The position numbers and the translations under genes are program-made. DNA of 64,000 nucleotides from assembly GCF_006345805.1 (NCBI RefSeq), contig NC_043006.1, forward strand, positions 105,400,001 to 105,464,000, given 5' to 3'. Below the pieces are notes generated by a model. The model was given only the letters and a program-made list of their open reading frames with translations. It had not been told where the DNA came from and did not search any database. The stretch is from Octopus sinensis. Lineage: Eukaryota. Numbering within the stretch: position 1 is the first letter of the stretch; each line of letters opens with the position of its first letter. Below, piece after piece: positions 51,005 to 64,000 of the stretch.

Positions 51005-51380
51005 TTGAGGCACTGGGATATGTGACACACTGCCTAAATACCAATCTTGAGAAATTAGGCTTCACAAAGCCAGTAAGGAGAGCACTGATTCAAAGACTTC
51101 AGATCCAATCCATCACTGCAACTGTAAAAATCATTAAATTGTTTCCAGAAGTTTGTCATTTAAGCATATAAGAGCATGTCTAGCCATGCAAATATATGCA
51201 TGAGAATACATACATAAACAAACCATGCAAATCTGCACATATACATACATACATACATACATACAACATACGTACCCTGTTGATGCTGCGGAAATTCCAA
51301 TGAAGGAGCTTTGGATATATGTTAGAAACCGGCTCCTTCTCTATTGGCAAGAAATCTTGAAATAAAACTTAATAAAAACC
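51005..51380 (+). mobile_element. RLE-type LINE extreme 3' end (third family) embedded in (CATA)n
   Basis: EALGYVTHCLNTNLEKLGF...LQIQSITATVKI resembles the IGALG C-terminus of the 14-kb element. The 3' UTR ends AATAAAAACC before the CATA array. Confidence 0.6.
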
Positions 51381-51396
51381 TATATACTACATTACT

Positions 51397-51565
51397 ACAT
51401 ACATACATACATACATACATACAACAACAATACATACATACATACACACATACATACATACATACATACATATACATACATACATACATACATACACATA
51501 CATACATACACACATACACACATACATACACACATACATACATACATACATACATACTACATACA

Positions 51566-51599
<34 letters not shown>

Positions 51600-52113
51600 C
51601 ATACTACATACACACATACATACATACATACATATATACATACATACATACATACATACATACATACATACATACATACATACATACATACATACATACA
51701 CATACATATATAAATACACACATACATACATACATACACACATACATACATACATACATACATACATACATACATACATACATACATACACACATACATA
51801 CATACATACATACATACATACATACATACATACATACATAATACACACATACATACACACATACATACATACATACATACATACATACATACTACATACA
51901 TACATACATACATACATACATACATACATACATACATACATACATACACACATACATACATACATACACACATACATACATACATACACACATACATACA
52001 TACATACATACATACATACATACATACACATACATACACACATACATACATACATACATACATACATACATACATACATACATACATACATACATACATA
52101 CATACATACATGC
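51397..52113. repeat. ~720-bp (CATA)n microsatellite with CACA variants
   Basis: Direct reading; the source of the MYVC/HTYI pseudo-ORFs. Confidence 0.98.
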
Positions 52114-52594
52114 ATACAATAACTGAGATGTGCGATAATGGTATTGGTGTTTCTATAAACACATACCATGCCAAGACGGTAAAACGATTTCCCAAAACGA
52201 TAGTAATGTTCTTGTTAATGCCATAATGGCGTCCAGGGTTACTTCTGGCAATAATTGCCTGATTATATGGTAGAAACAAAAAACAAAAAAAGAACACCTT
52301 TTATTGATGTTTGAATTATCTGTTAAAGAGGAGTGGTTACAGAGCTTGCATATGTGAATGTGACAGTGTGAATGTGTGTGCTTGTGTGTATGTGTTTCTA
52401 CTTGTTTCAGTGCATGCATATATCAGTGTGTGCATGTGTATGAAGTTGGTGGTGAGGCAAATGAATATAGTAGGTCGTTAGACAGGCATTTTGTAAATAC
52501 ATTCATAACATTAAGAGGATGGATGGATGGATGAATCGGTAGGTAGATGGAAGATGGATATGTGAATAGAGAGATAATGCAGATAGATTGGTAC

Positions 52595-52642
<48 letters not shown>

Positions 52643-52794
52643 ATAGATAGAGAGATAGGTAGGTAGGTAGGTAGGTAGGTAGGTAGGTAGGTGGGTAGGT
52701 AGGTAGGTAGGTAGTTGGGTAGGTAGGTAGGTAGGTAGGTAGGTCGGTAGGTCGGTAGGTACGTACGTCGGGAGGGAGGCAGATAGATAGACAG

Positions 52795-53083
52795 ATATGT
52801 TACTTTATTAGCCACACAGGGCTGAACACAGAGGAGACAAATTACAAAGTAGAGCTTTTCTTTTTGGGGAGACAAAAAGGAGCGGGTAGGTTTTCGATCG
52901 AAAGGAGATCGTAAAAAAAGAAGAAGAAAGAAAAAAGAAATAAAACAATCAATAGGGATCGTGTATCACAGAAATATCATGATGTAAAGTGTAAAGGGGG
53001 AAACAGATAAGGTTTATCCGTGGAAAGAAAAGCCTACAGAAAAGACAACGGTAACCTCGGTCAATAATGACACATGTTAACAC
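52795..53083 (-). mobile_element. 3' UTR-only copy of the same Tx1 family
   Basis: Reverse complement matches about 21925-22198; (GATA)n on both sides. Confidence 0.85.
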
Positions 53084-53123
<40 letters not shown>

Positions 53124-53124
53124 T

Positions 53125-53196
<72 letters not shown>

Positions 53197-54069
53197 TGTA
53201 TTTTTCTTTATATGTATCATCTATTTCGTGCATTATCTATTTACCTATCCTTTTATCTATACGCATAACTATTCATTCTTGCTTTAATTTTTTTATATAT
53301 AGTTTTCAAGACAGCTGAGTAGTTTCCCTGCGATTGCTAGCAGATCAAGCACAACACTTGAGGTGATGGGCGAGGTAAACATTTGTTAATATAAATGTCA
53401 TCTGACATCAGCCCATATAACTACGGATGGTTATTTTTTCGGAGTGATATGAACCTTACACAATCCCCTTCATCAGCCCCCAAAATTTGTGTCATTTTAC
53501 TTGTCTGTAAAATCAATTACTCGCCCTATAATACACATTCATCCATTCACTTATTCTCTCTCTCTCTCCCTCTCCCTCTCTCTCTCTTTCTGTCTCTCAC
53601 ACACACACACACAAACTTTCTGTCTCTCTCTGTCACCCAATCTTTCTATTTTTCTTTCTGTATACCTCTCTCCTGGTACCCTTTCTCTCTTTCCCTTTCC
53701 TTAATCACTCTATCTCTCAATTTCTCAGAAAAAAAAAATCTGAGGAGACTAACGAGTTGTATAAATGCACGGATTTCTACTTTACGTATTTGTCCTACGT
53801 AACTATAGCAGCCATCTTTATTTCCGAATCTATGTCAGTTCAGTGAAGTGTGGTCACGCACTATTTATGCACGTGTGTCACTGAGTTTGTATGCATGTGC
53901 ATATATACATAGGTATGTGTGTCTGTATGCGCATGCGCGTATGAATATTTGCTGTGTATTTCTGTGTGATTGATAAGCGCGAGCTCATAAACATATGATT
54001 CATCCTTTATGGATAACATTCCCAACACAATGAAGGCGATGCCTAATTAAATATATGTCTGATTGTTTG

Positions 54070-54120
54070 TGTGTTGTGTGTATATATATATACATATATA
54101 TATATACACATTCATATATG

Positions 54121-54155
<35 letters not shown>

Positions 54156-54336
54156 ATATACATTCATATATGTATATATGTGTATATATATACACATATA
54201 CATATATGTGTATATATACATATATACATATATATATACATATATACATATATATTATATATATAACATATATACATATATATATATATAATATATATAA
54301 CATATATACATATATATAAATATATATATATTATAT

Positions 54337-54425
<89 letters not shown>

Positions 54426-54582
54426 ATTAGATATAGGTATATATGTTTATATATATATAAATATATATATGTATATATGTTATATATATATATATATGTA
54501 TAGATGTATTATATATGTATATAGGTATCATATACCATATATGTATAGGGGTATATATATACACATATATAATATATGAATG

Positions 54583-54620
<38 letters not shown>

Positions 54621-54630
54621 CAATACATAT
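54070..54630. repeat. Long interrupted (TA)n tract
   Basis: Direct reading; similar tracts lie at about 17080-17450, 24770-25095, 33200-33475 and 39000-39395. Confidence 0.95.
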
Positions 54631-55360
54631 ATTTTTTTGTAAATATTGTACTAATGCTTGTCCATGCAAAACATCGAAATTACACACTGTAGATATAGAC
54701 ATATTTCCAAATCTATGAACACACACATACGCACACATATAGGCATTTAATTTTTCATAGAACTTCTTATCTTCTTTCTTGGTACATTAAGGAAAAACAT
54801 GCGTTTAGTGATGACCACACCTCCACCATTTTTTCTTTATTTTCACAATCCTAGAAAGCCCACCATCCTTGAACTCGTACCTGATGCTAATAGCTATACA
54901 ATGGTCAAAGAAACTAACTAAATATGAATGGTAAAAAAAAGAAATCCCTCCTTCTCCCTCTCTCTACATTTCATTCTGTGTCTATATTTCTGTCCGTCTG
55001 TCTGTCTATCTATCTATCTATTATCTACTATCTATCTATATATATATATATATATATATATATAGATATATATATATATATATATATATATCGCCATTGT
55101 CCTGGAACCTGACCCCAAAAAAACAGAAACAAAAAGGATAAAAGACAAAACGAAAAACAATGTTCTCCTCTTCTAAACAAAACAAAATACGCTTGATTTA
55201 TGTAAATGAACAAACTGCATATTTACAATTCTATTTGACAATTTTGAAGACGAACGAAAGTGGTAGTATTAATGACGAAAAAAAAAATTCCTTTTTCTAA
55301 AATTCTGGCGACGTCCACTTTTCCTAATATTCAATATCAGTACACCACTTCTAACACATT

Positions 55361-55790
55361 AGGCGCAGGAGTGGCTGTGTAGTAAGTAGCTTGCTAACCA
55401 ACCACATGATTTCAGGTTCAGTCCCACTGCGTGGCATCTTGGGCAAGTGTCTTCTGCTATAGCTCCGGGCCGACCAATGCCTTGTGAGTGGATTTGGTAG
55501 ACGGAAACTGAAAAAGCCTGTCGTATATATGTATATATATATGTATATATATATGTATATGTATATATATATGTATATGTATGTGTGTGTCTGTGTTTGT
55601 CCCCCTAGCATTGCTTGACAACCGATGCTGGTGTGTTTACGTCCCCGTCACTTAGCGGTTCGGCAAAAGAGAGCGATAGAATTAGTACTGGGCTTACAAA
55701 GAATAAGACCCGGGGTGGATTTGCTCGACTAAAGGCGGTGCTCCAGCATGGCCGCAGTCAAATGAATGAAACAAGTAAAAGAGTAAAGAG
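55361..55790 (+). mobile_element. SINE family B, full length
   Basis: AGGCGCAGGAGTGGCTGTG head, internal TA/TG tract, ACAAGTAAAAGAGTAAAGAG tail. Confidence 0.9.
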
Positions 55791-55811
55791 TATATATATA
55801 ATATGTAATAT

Positions 55812-56061
55812 GCAATGGCCGAGCGGTTAAGGCAGCGGACTCGGGGTCATAGGATCGCGGTTTCGATTCCCAGACCAGGCGTTGTGAGTGTTTATTGAGC
55901 GAAAACTACTAAAGCTCCACGAGTCTCCGGCAGGGGGTAGTGGCGATCCCTGCTGTACTCTTTCGCCACACTCTTTCTTCTGTTGGCCTGCTCGCTTAGC
56001 CTGCGGGGTGGCACCATTTGAAGGCTAAAACAATGCGAAGCGTATTGTGACCAGCGATGTG
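55812..56061 (+). mobile_element. SINE family D, inserted at the tail of a family B copy
   Basis: TGGCCGAGCGGTTAAGGCAG A box, GTTTCGATTCCC B box; homologous to 41423-41663. Confidence 0.8.
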
Positions 56062-56305
56062 ATTACGTGATGTATGTAAATATACGTATATGTATGTATA
56101 TAGACATGTACATATGTGTTTATATATGTACATGTATATACATATATGTATGCGTACATATGTATATATATATGTATTATATATTTAAACACATATGTAT
56201 ATATATGTTCATATATATATGTATGTATATATATATATATGTATATATGTATATATATATATACCTATATATGTATATAATATATATATATAAATGTGTG
56301 TGTAT

Positions 56306-56344
<39 letters not shown>

Positions 56345-56352
56345 CATACCGC

Positions 56353-56393
<41 letters not shown>

Positions 56394-56456
56394 GGTGTGT
56401 ATTTTCTTTATCAGTTTCAGCTGAAAGGAGTCTCAGCTCCAGGGAGTTGAGTCTCA

Positions 56457-56954
56457 TCTTTTTCAGCCTTTCCCAGTAGCGAAGCTGTTGTAATGAGACG
56501 ATACTTTCATGAAGCTTCGCTGGATTGCTTCAAAGTCTGCTGTTAAATTCAAAATGTGGGCTGACCATAGTTGGAAGAATTGCTTCAGGCGGCTGAGGGT
56601 GAATGTCCTCCACAGGACCATCATGGTTTCCTTCTCTCTTGTTCTGGAGGTTCTCAGCATCCAGCCCGCCAAATGTCTGCAGTTTCTCACCATCTTGATA
56701 ATGTGCACTTGGAAAGAGGCATCATCGCTCATGTGGATACACTCCTCTCGCGCTGATTTTGGTTCTGGGACCCAGTGTACCCCTACATTTTTCGTTCAGT
56801 TTTAGGCGCTTGTAACGTAGGGCTTGGATTTTTTCAGCATTAAACTGGATATTGTATGTATATATATATATTGTGGTGTGGTGGTGTGTGTGTGTGTATA
56901 GATTTATATATGTGTGTATATATATATATATGTGTGTGTGTGTATGTATATATG

Positions 56955-56988
<34 letters not shown>

Positions 56989-57960
56989 ATATATATATAA
57001 TATCAATGTACATGCATGTATATATATTATATATATACATTATATATATGTCCATGGTTTCCTTTGGTCCGTACCTGATCAGCTCTACCAAACTGTGATC
57101 CGAGTGTAGCGTTAGTGTCACTTTCACATTATGGATGAGATCCATATTATCTGTGAAAAAAGAGATCCAGTATATTACCTACCCTGGTTGATTGGAGTAC
57201 TATTTGCTCCATGTACAAAGTATTCATGAGGTTCAGGAGGGACTTCACCTGTCCTTGTTCGCAATGCACCATTTCTGGGAGTTAAAGGCCCTCAGGATAT
57301 CCGACATTGAGCAGATTGAAGTCTCCCATAAGTACAATTACGCGTTGTTCTAATGTAACTAGAACTTGTATTTTTGTAAAGCAGTCTTCAAACTTGTCGC
57401 ATGATTCGGAGCATCTGGAGGGTGATATGTAGTACATATGACAACATCGAGTTCACTTATATGCATAATTAGTGTGTTACATACTGAATGTGAGAGTGAA
57501 AAAAGATACGGGCTGTGAGGTTTTGACATAGCAACTCCACTTTGACTCTTTTTCTGTTGGTCCGTAACACAACATACTGTGGTGTGTGCATTCATGCATT
57601 TGCTATATCTGGTTTTAGGTGCATTTCCATAAGTGTTATGCATAGGGCTTGATTGCATGCAACAAAGTCTCTTGGGAAAGGAATTTTAGTCCTGTTACTA
57701 AGTGTAAACAGTTCTCTGCTGTTCAGTAAGAGCATCGATGTGATGTCTGCGTTGTTGCTAGGGGTCTCCACCTTGGGTCCATTTGCTGTGGTGGTCATGT
57801 GCACTGGGGATAGGCCCATCTGTGAGACTGATGTAGCCGGGTCATTTGCTGTAATGTATTTTGTGTTATGTGCAAAAATGGTTATGGCTCAGCAGCTGCC
57901 CTTTCAACTACATCATGATAGTGCTCGCTGATAACGCGCAGTGCCTACACCCGCCTTCGT
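56457..57960 (-). mobile_element. CR1/L2-group LINE with APE domain and post-RT region, RT core missing
   Basis: APE motifs LCITLMEMHLKP, ICTTYHPP, MGDFN, NILDLFFT and HSDH, and C-terminal MSDDASFQVH..GWMLRTSRTRE..LWRTFTLSRL..LWS. A (TA/TG)n tract interrupts it at 56840-57050. Confidence 0.85.
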
Positions 57961-58081
57961 CTTGGTGTTTCTATAAATTTGAACTATGTATGTATGTATG
58001 TATGCATGCATGTATGTATGTATGAATATATAGAATGCCAGTCAGATTTTAGTTAGTTAGTTAGATAGATAGATAGAAAGA

Positions 58082-58224
<143 letters not shown>

Positions 58225-58225
58225 G

Positions 58226-58260
<35 letters not shown>

Positions 58261-58853
58261 TGGATAGATAGACAGACATACATACAGATATATTTATAAG
58301 CACAAACACACAATCAAACACATACATATGCATATAACATTGCTATTGTAGCGTCACATGGTCTACAGGATTTTTATGCTATGTTATTTCCTATACCTCA
58401 CACAGGCGCGCATACACACACACATACACACACTTTGAAACCTCGAACAACTGAAAGTTTTCTGATGTATGGTCACATGAACAATTATATACATATCTTT
58501 ATAGAAAGCCTTTCAACATCTTCAATGACCATCAGCTACTATTAACATTATTCAGTGAATGGGAAGACCTTTGCCACGAATACTTTTACAAGGGCTTAGA
58601 TTGATGTTTTAGGAATAACAGGGTAGAGTTTATTAATGACATCTGAAATGCTGCAAATGTACTGTCATATCAGCCAATAGCAACAGCGGTATATTGATGA
58701 GGTTGAATATTGTGAACGATATATCAGTTTTGTATAGGCAAATGCAATTTCCAAAGCCAAGGTATAATCTAATTTTTAAGGCATTCAAATGAAGGCATCA
58801 GGTGTGCAAGTTAACTATTCTCAGCACGAAGAAGCAATGTTGAAAAATAATTG

Positions 58854-59280
58854 TTCTAAATTTTGGCACAAGGCCAGCAATTTCGGGGTACGTGGTAAGT
58901 CAATTACATCGACTCCAGTGCTCAACTGCTACGTATTTTATCGACCCAAATGGGTGGAAGGCAAAGTCTACCTCGACTCAGAATGCGCAAAAACGGATGA
59001 AGTGTTGCTAAGCATATTGACCGGCGTGCTAGCGATTCTGCCAGTCGCCAATTTGACATCGAAAAATAAAGGTTTCACATTTGGTACAAAGCTAGCAATT
59101 TCGGGGCAAGGGGTGAGTCAGTTATATTGACCCCAATGCTCAGCTAGTACTTATTTTATCGAACCGGAAAGAATGAAAGGCAAAGTCAACGTCAGCAGAA
59201 TTTGAACTCAAAATGCGTAAAGACGAACGTAATGGCGCTAAGTCTTTTGCCTGGCGTGATTCCACCTGCTGGCCACCCTA
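58854..59280 (-). mobile_element. SINE family A, two tandem copies
   Basis: Two successive tail-core-B box-head units (about 58854-59050 and 59071-59280). Confidence 0.8.
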
Positions 59281-59388
59281 GTGTTGAAATATAATGACTG
59301 TCGGATCAGTTACCTTCATGTTTGTGAACGACCATTCCATTTTCATCAACACCCATGATTCAGAGGAACCCCAAGATGTGATAGCCGA

Positions 59389-59555
<167 letters not shown>

Positions 59556-59619
59556 CTCATCATTACTCAGCTGGTACTCATTTATAGTACTGCACTGGTA
59601 TTAAAATACATTCTCCATT

Positions 59620-59719
59620 NNNNNNNNNNNNNNNNNNNNNNNNNNNNNNNNNNNNNNNNNNNNNNNNNNNNNNNNNNNNNNNNNNNNNNNNNNNNNNNNN
59701 NNNNNNNNNNNNNNNNNNN
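59620..59719. other. Assembly gap (100 N)
   Basis: Run of exactly 100 N, a typical placeholder size. Confidence 0.99.
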
Positions 59720-60319
59720 GTGACATAATGTAAGTTAAATCACTTTCGACGAGGAAGTGGATCATGGTTCCTTTGCTTAAATATATTTTGCGGACGAATC
59801 CTGCCGTTTCCAAAATAAAATACTGACATTGGCCTAGTTTAAAAAAAATATATGTATTAGCGACAGAAGCGGTATTAATACCAAGAGATAATATTTATCT
59901 CCACTTAAACGTCGATGTTCTGTTGGAACATACTCTATTGCGGTAGATACCATAAGAGAAACTCTCATATTGCTGATTTCGGTGCTGCAGACTGGGCGGA
60001 TTTACCTCCCTGCTAGCGATATAAACAAGGGTGCATTTTGCACCAAAAGCCATTATGAGATTTTCTCTCATTATCTACCGCAGTATAGTTTGTTCTAACA
60101 CAACATCCACGTTTAAAGGGATAAATATTACCACTGATACTGGATAGAAACATTGGACGCAAACACCTTATATTTTATGCGATGCGGGCTGGTTAAAATT
60201 CGTGGTGTTTGCACTATTCCAAATAAAACTAGTGATAAAAGGTATCTTTGCGGAATTCCAAACTCTATGGCCGAGATTTCGTAAGCCAGATGTATATTCC
60301 TTGCTTTCTAACTGTCACA

Positions 60320-61329
60320 TGTCGAAACAATTGTCGTGATTAATAAAGATTCTTGTATCTTCCATCTTCCGTCTCTCTCTTTAATCAAATACCCAACGAA
60401 CACTGAGCCAGTGCTTACCGGCAAACTACCATGTGTTTACCATACGATACATTAACTAATAACTACAACGACTGATTCCCGGGAGTAAGATGCTATAAGG
60501 GAGTGTGCCACGAAAATGGTAAAAGTAACACTCGACCTTTCGCTAAAAGATATACCCATAGGGAGCACTCTTGGAGAAAAGCCAGCCAGTTCATATACAG
60601 AATGCGGTGGAAGGTTTTCTTCTTTGACAGAAAAGATATATCACATGAAAAGCCTGAAACTGGAGACTTACTCAGAAAAGTGCTTAAATGAAGGCAAAAC
60701 CCATCGACCAACCAGCACCTAACCAGATTGGAAGAGGAACTCTTATAATATAGTTAAAGTGAAATTCAGGAAGTACCCTAGAAAGCACAACAAACATTAA
60801 CGGAAAATTAAGAAATTACTTGATAACTTCGAGAAAGCTCCAAGGATACTTTACCAGCAGATAAAGCAAGTAACATTTACATTATCAACATTGAATTCTA
60901 TAATAATCTGATTATATATGGACTTTCTAGAACGGTGGTTTCCATCCCTTTTATTCAAATGAGTTTCCCCACGGACCCCTATTAATATGCTTATCATTAT
61001 GTGTGCGAAACTTTGAATTTACTCCACGAACTTCCAGTACTACCTTTGTGGACTCCAGGTTTGGAACCTCTTTTCTAGAAGAATGAAGCTGTATACTTTA
61101 ATTTACCATTCCTATATACGAAAACCAAGAAGAAATCTTGCGAAACAGGGTTTATTTTAACGAGATACCTCTTGAAATCACCTGACGAGACACATCTACA
61201 AAAACGGATACGCCTAAACCAGATGCTCAGTATACCACACACGACGGATCGACGCTAGATGGACAGAAACAATTGTAGTGATCAATAAAACTTCTCGTAT
61301 CTTCCACCTTCTGTTTCTCACATTAATCA

Positions 61330-61330
<1 letters not shown>
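60320..61330 (+). mobile_element. Decayed Penelope-like element with direct terminal repeats (pseudo-LTR remnants) carrying hammerhead halves
   Basis: A direct repeat GAAACAATTGT(C/A)GTGAT(T/C)AATAAA...TTAATCAA lies at 60324-60388 and 61266-61330. Internal frames give LSLKDIPI, YRMRWKVFFFD and LPADKASNIY, which I recognise as motifs of the Penelope-like N-terminal region. Many stops are present. Confidence 0.65.
61177..61282 (+). ncRNA. Degenerate hammerhead in the 3' terminal repeat of the Penelope-like element
   Basis: ATCAC-CTGACGA-GACAcatcta...tagatggaca-GAAA-C-AATT-GTA^GTGAT. Stems I and III are perfect; the base of stem II is mismatched. Confidence 0.55.
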
Positions 61331-61392
<62 letters not shown>

Positions 61393-61400
61393 CGTCAGTG

Positions 61401-61521
61401 TATTCTTTATTGCCCACAGGGGGCTAAACATAGAGGGGGCAAATAAAGGAATTAAGTCAATTAGATCGACCCCAGTGCGTAACTGGTACTTATTTAATCG
61501 ACCCCCTAAAGGATGAAAGGC
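61401..61521 (-). mobile_element. SINE family A 3' half with Tx1-like tail
   Basis: TCTTTATTGCCCACAGGGGGCTAAACA...TCGACCCCAGTGCGTAACTGGTACTT is the reverse complement of the unit at 2.8-2.9 kb. Confidence 0.8.
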
Positions 61522-61584
61522 ACGCACAAAATAGTTGAATAAAATAATGGCGAATACAGATGTACTTGTACATGATGGACAAAA

Positions 61585-61602
61585 TTAATAATAATAACAA
61601 TA

Positions 61603-61667
<65 letters not shown>

Positions 61668-61790
61668 GAAGAAGAAGAAGAAAAGAAGAAGAAGAAGAAG
61701 AAGAAAAGAAGAAGAAGAAGAAGAGAAGAAGAAGAAGAAGAATAAGAAGAAGAAGAATAGTAATAAGAATAATAATAATAATAATAAAAT
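61585..61790. repeat. (TAA)n/(GAA)n compound microsatellite
   Basis: Direct reading. Confidence 0.97.
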
Positions 61791-62101
61791 GTGAAATATT
61801 TGGTGCCTGATTTTGGCCCCAACTGTGTATATATATATACACACACGCATATATATATACATATATACATATATATATATGTATGTATGTATGTATTACA
61901 CACACACAAATATACACTCATACATATATAGACAAACATGCATACGCACATAACTTTTGAGCCAGGATCAAAATATTTATATTTGAAAACAATGATATTT
62001 GGATGTAAAACAGTAAGTGAACTGAAATGGCGTATACTGACACGCCTCATTGTTTCAATATACCGAAAACGAAACCGGTTATTTAAGAAGTTAGGCTATT
62101 C

Positions 62102-62132
<31 letters not shown>

Positions 62133-62392
62133 AAGTTATATCATTGATATAAAGATTCATATTGTACAAAAGATGTATTGTGGATTAAGCCATTCTAGTT
62201 TAGCCTTGCTTCTACATGTTACAACGACACGAGACGAGTCCAGAGGAATACAAAGCAGAGTTTAGCTTCAGCAACATTCTCTTGTAACGAACAAACCTCA
62301 AGGTTCTTAGTGCGGCACTCGACATCCTCAGATACACACAGTCATACATACACTCATATAAATATGCATACACACACGCTAACACACATATA

Positions 62393-62789
62393 CCCTTTAC
62401 TCTTTACTTGTTTCAGTCATTTGACTGCGGCCATGCTGGAGCACCGCCTTTAATCGAGCAACTCGACCCCGGGACTTATTCTTTGTAAGCCCAGTACTTA
62501 TTCTATCGGTTTCTTTTTGCCGAACCACTAAGACGGGGGACATAAACACACCAGCAATGCTAGAGGGACAAACACAGACACACAAACACACACGCACACA
62601 CACATATATATATATAAACATATATACGACGGGCTTCTTTCAGTTTCCGTCTACCAAATCCACTCACAAGGTTTTGGTCGACCCGTGGCTATAGTAGAAG
62701 ACACTTGCCCACGGTGTCACGCAGTAGGACTGAACCCGGAACCATGTGGTTGGTAAACAAGCTACTTACCACACAGCCACTCCTGCGCC
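62393..62789 (-). mobile_element. SINE family B, full length
   Basis: Reverse complement of the full consensus. Confidence 0.9.
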
Positions 62790-62809
62790 TATACACACAC
62801 ACACACACA

Positions 62810-62878
<69 letters not shown>

Positions 62879-62880
<2 letters not shown>

Positions 62881-63305
62881 GAAAGGTATGCAGTAATATA
62901 TGTCTGGAAGATCCTGGAAGGAATTGTGCCAAATTTTGGCATTGTAAGCTACACCAATGCTAGAACGGGACGACACTGCATAGTGCCAAGATCCCAGCAA
63001 TGCCATCACGCTTCAGGACCAGCTTCTGCAACAGCCTGGGTTTCAAGGGCCCACAGCTTTTTAATATTCTCCCAAAGAGTCTGAGGAACTTGCACAAAGT
63101 AGATGTACCGGTTTTTCAATCAAAGCTGGACATCTTCCTGTCGAGAGTCCCAGATGAACCTACCTCACGGCAGGAGGTGCAAATGAGAGTAGCTATATCA
63201 AACTCCATTGTTCACCAAGTGCCACATATTAGACGAGGTTCTTCGCAATTACAGTGTAGCACAAAACGTTGGTGCATCGGCATGGCCGCAGCTCTGAGCT
63301 AAAAA
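62879..63305 (+). mobile_element. CR1/L2-group LINE 3' end
   Basis: ERYAVIYVWKILEGIVPN and GPQLFNILPKSLRNL..KLDIFLSRVPDEP, followed by a short 3' UTR. Confidence 0.9.
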
Positions 63306-63335
63306 CTAGAGAAAAAAAAGAAAAAATATATATAT

Positions 63336-63371
<36 letters not shown>

Positions 63372-63734
63372 ATATATATATATAACACATGATACTTGAA
63401 GTCAACAACCTTTTTGAGGTGAGTGCCTCAGAACAAATAATAAGTTGCTTTTCATACACAGTAGGTTCATGCATTCAATTTTCTTTGCATCGAGAAACAG
63501 AACACTTTTTGTTGCTGCATGGTCGAGTAATATTAACAAGTCTTGCATATCGCGTTTTTTATAAAATGTCAGGGCATTGTCAAATTCACAATTATATACA
63601 CTCAATTTTTTGATCGCTTCTAATTGATAATGAGACTATTACCATCCCAATGAGAAAAGAATGCTGGGTGTCTTCCTGAAGGATTTCTGTTGTAGTTAGA
63701 AACTCTTTAGTTGGAGCGTCTGTACATGCTTTTG

Positions 63735-63938
63735 TACTCTTGGCACAAGGATCGAAATTTTGGTGGAGGGACCACTCGATTAGATTGACCCCAGTTTGCA
63801 ACTAGTACTTATTTATCGACCCCGAAATGATGAAAAGCAAAGTCGACCTCTGCGGAATTTGAACTCAGAACGTAACGGCAGACGAAATACTTCTAAGCAT
63901 TTCGCCCGGCGTGCTAACGTTTCTGCCAGCTCGCTGCC
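63735..63938 (-). mobile_element. SINE family A, full copy
   Basis: Head, B box, core and GCACAAGG tail on the minus strand. Confidence 0.85.
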
Positions 63939-64000
63939 TTAGGAGCGAATGTATATTGCACAATGAATTGGATGTTGTCAGATATGGTGGTGATAGCTTT

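Overview
AT-rich, repeat-saturated non-genic eukaryotic DNA, most likely from an Octopus species. This is inferred from the tRNA-derived SINE families and the extreme (TA)n/(CATA)n/(GATA)n load. No host protein-coding gene can be supported, and almost all long ORFs in the track are microsatellite translations. The window contains four tRNA-headed SINE families, an RTE-derived short element, fragments of R4/Dong-like (RLE), Tx1, RTE and CR1-type LINEs, mariner remnants, Penelope-like remnants, five fold-back palindromes, a recent 240-bp inverted duplication and a 100-N gap. The most striking signal is a set of self-cleaving ribozyme motifs. A non-coding ~535-bp x3.5 tandem array (46641-48510) carries a type I hammerhead on the minus strand of every unit, giving a retrozyme or tandem pseudo-LTR architecture. 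About 270 bp away is an intact, unrelated hammerhead in a ~246-bp structured element. Further hammerhead candidates lie at ~45.0 kb and ~60.3-61.3 kb, and there is a partial HDV-like fold at ~20.46 kb. None of these has been tested computationally or experimentally.
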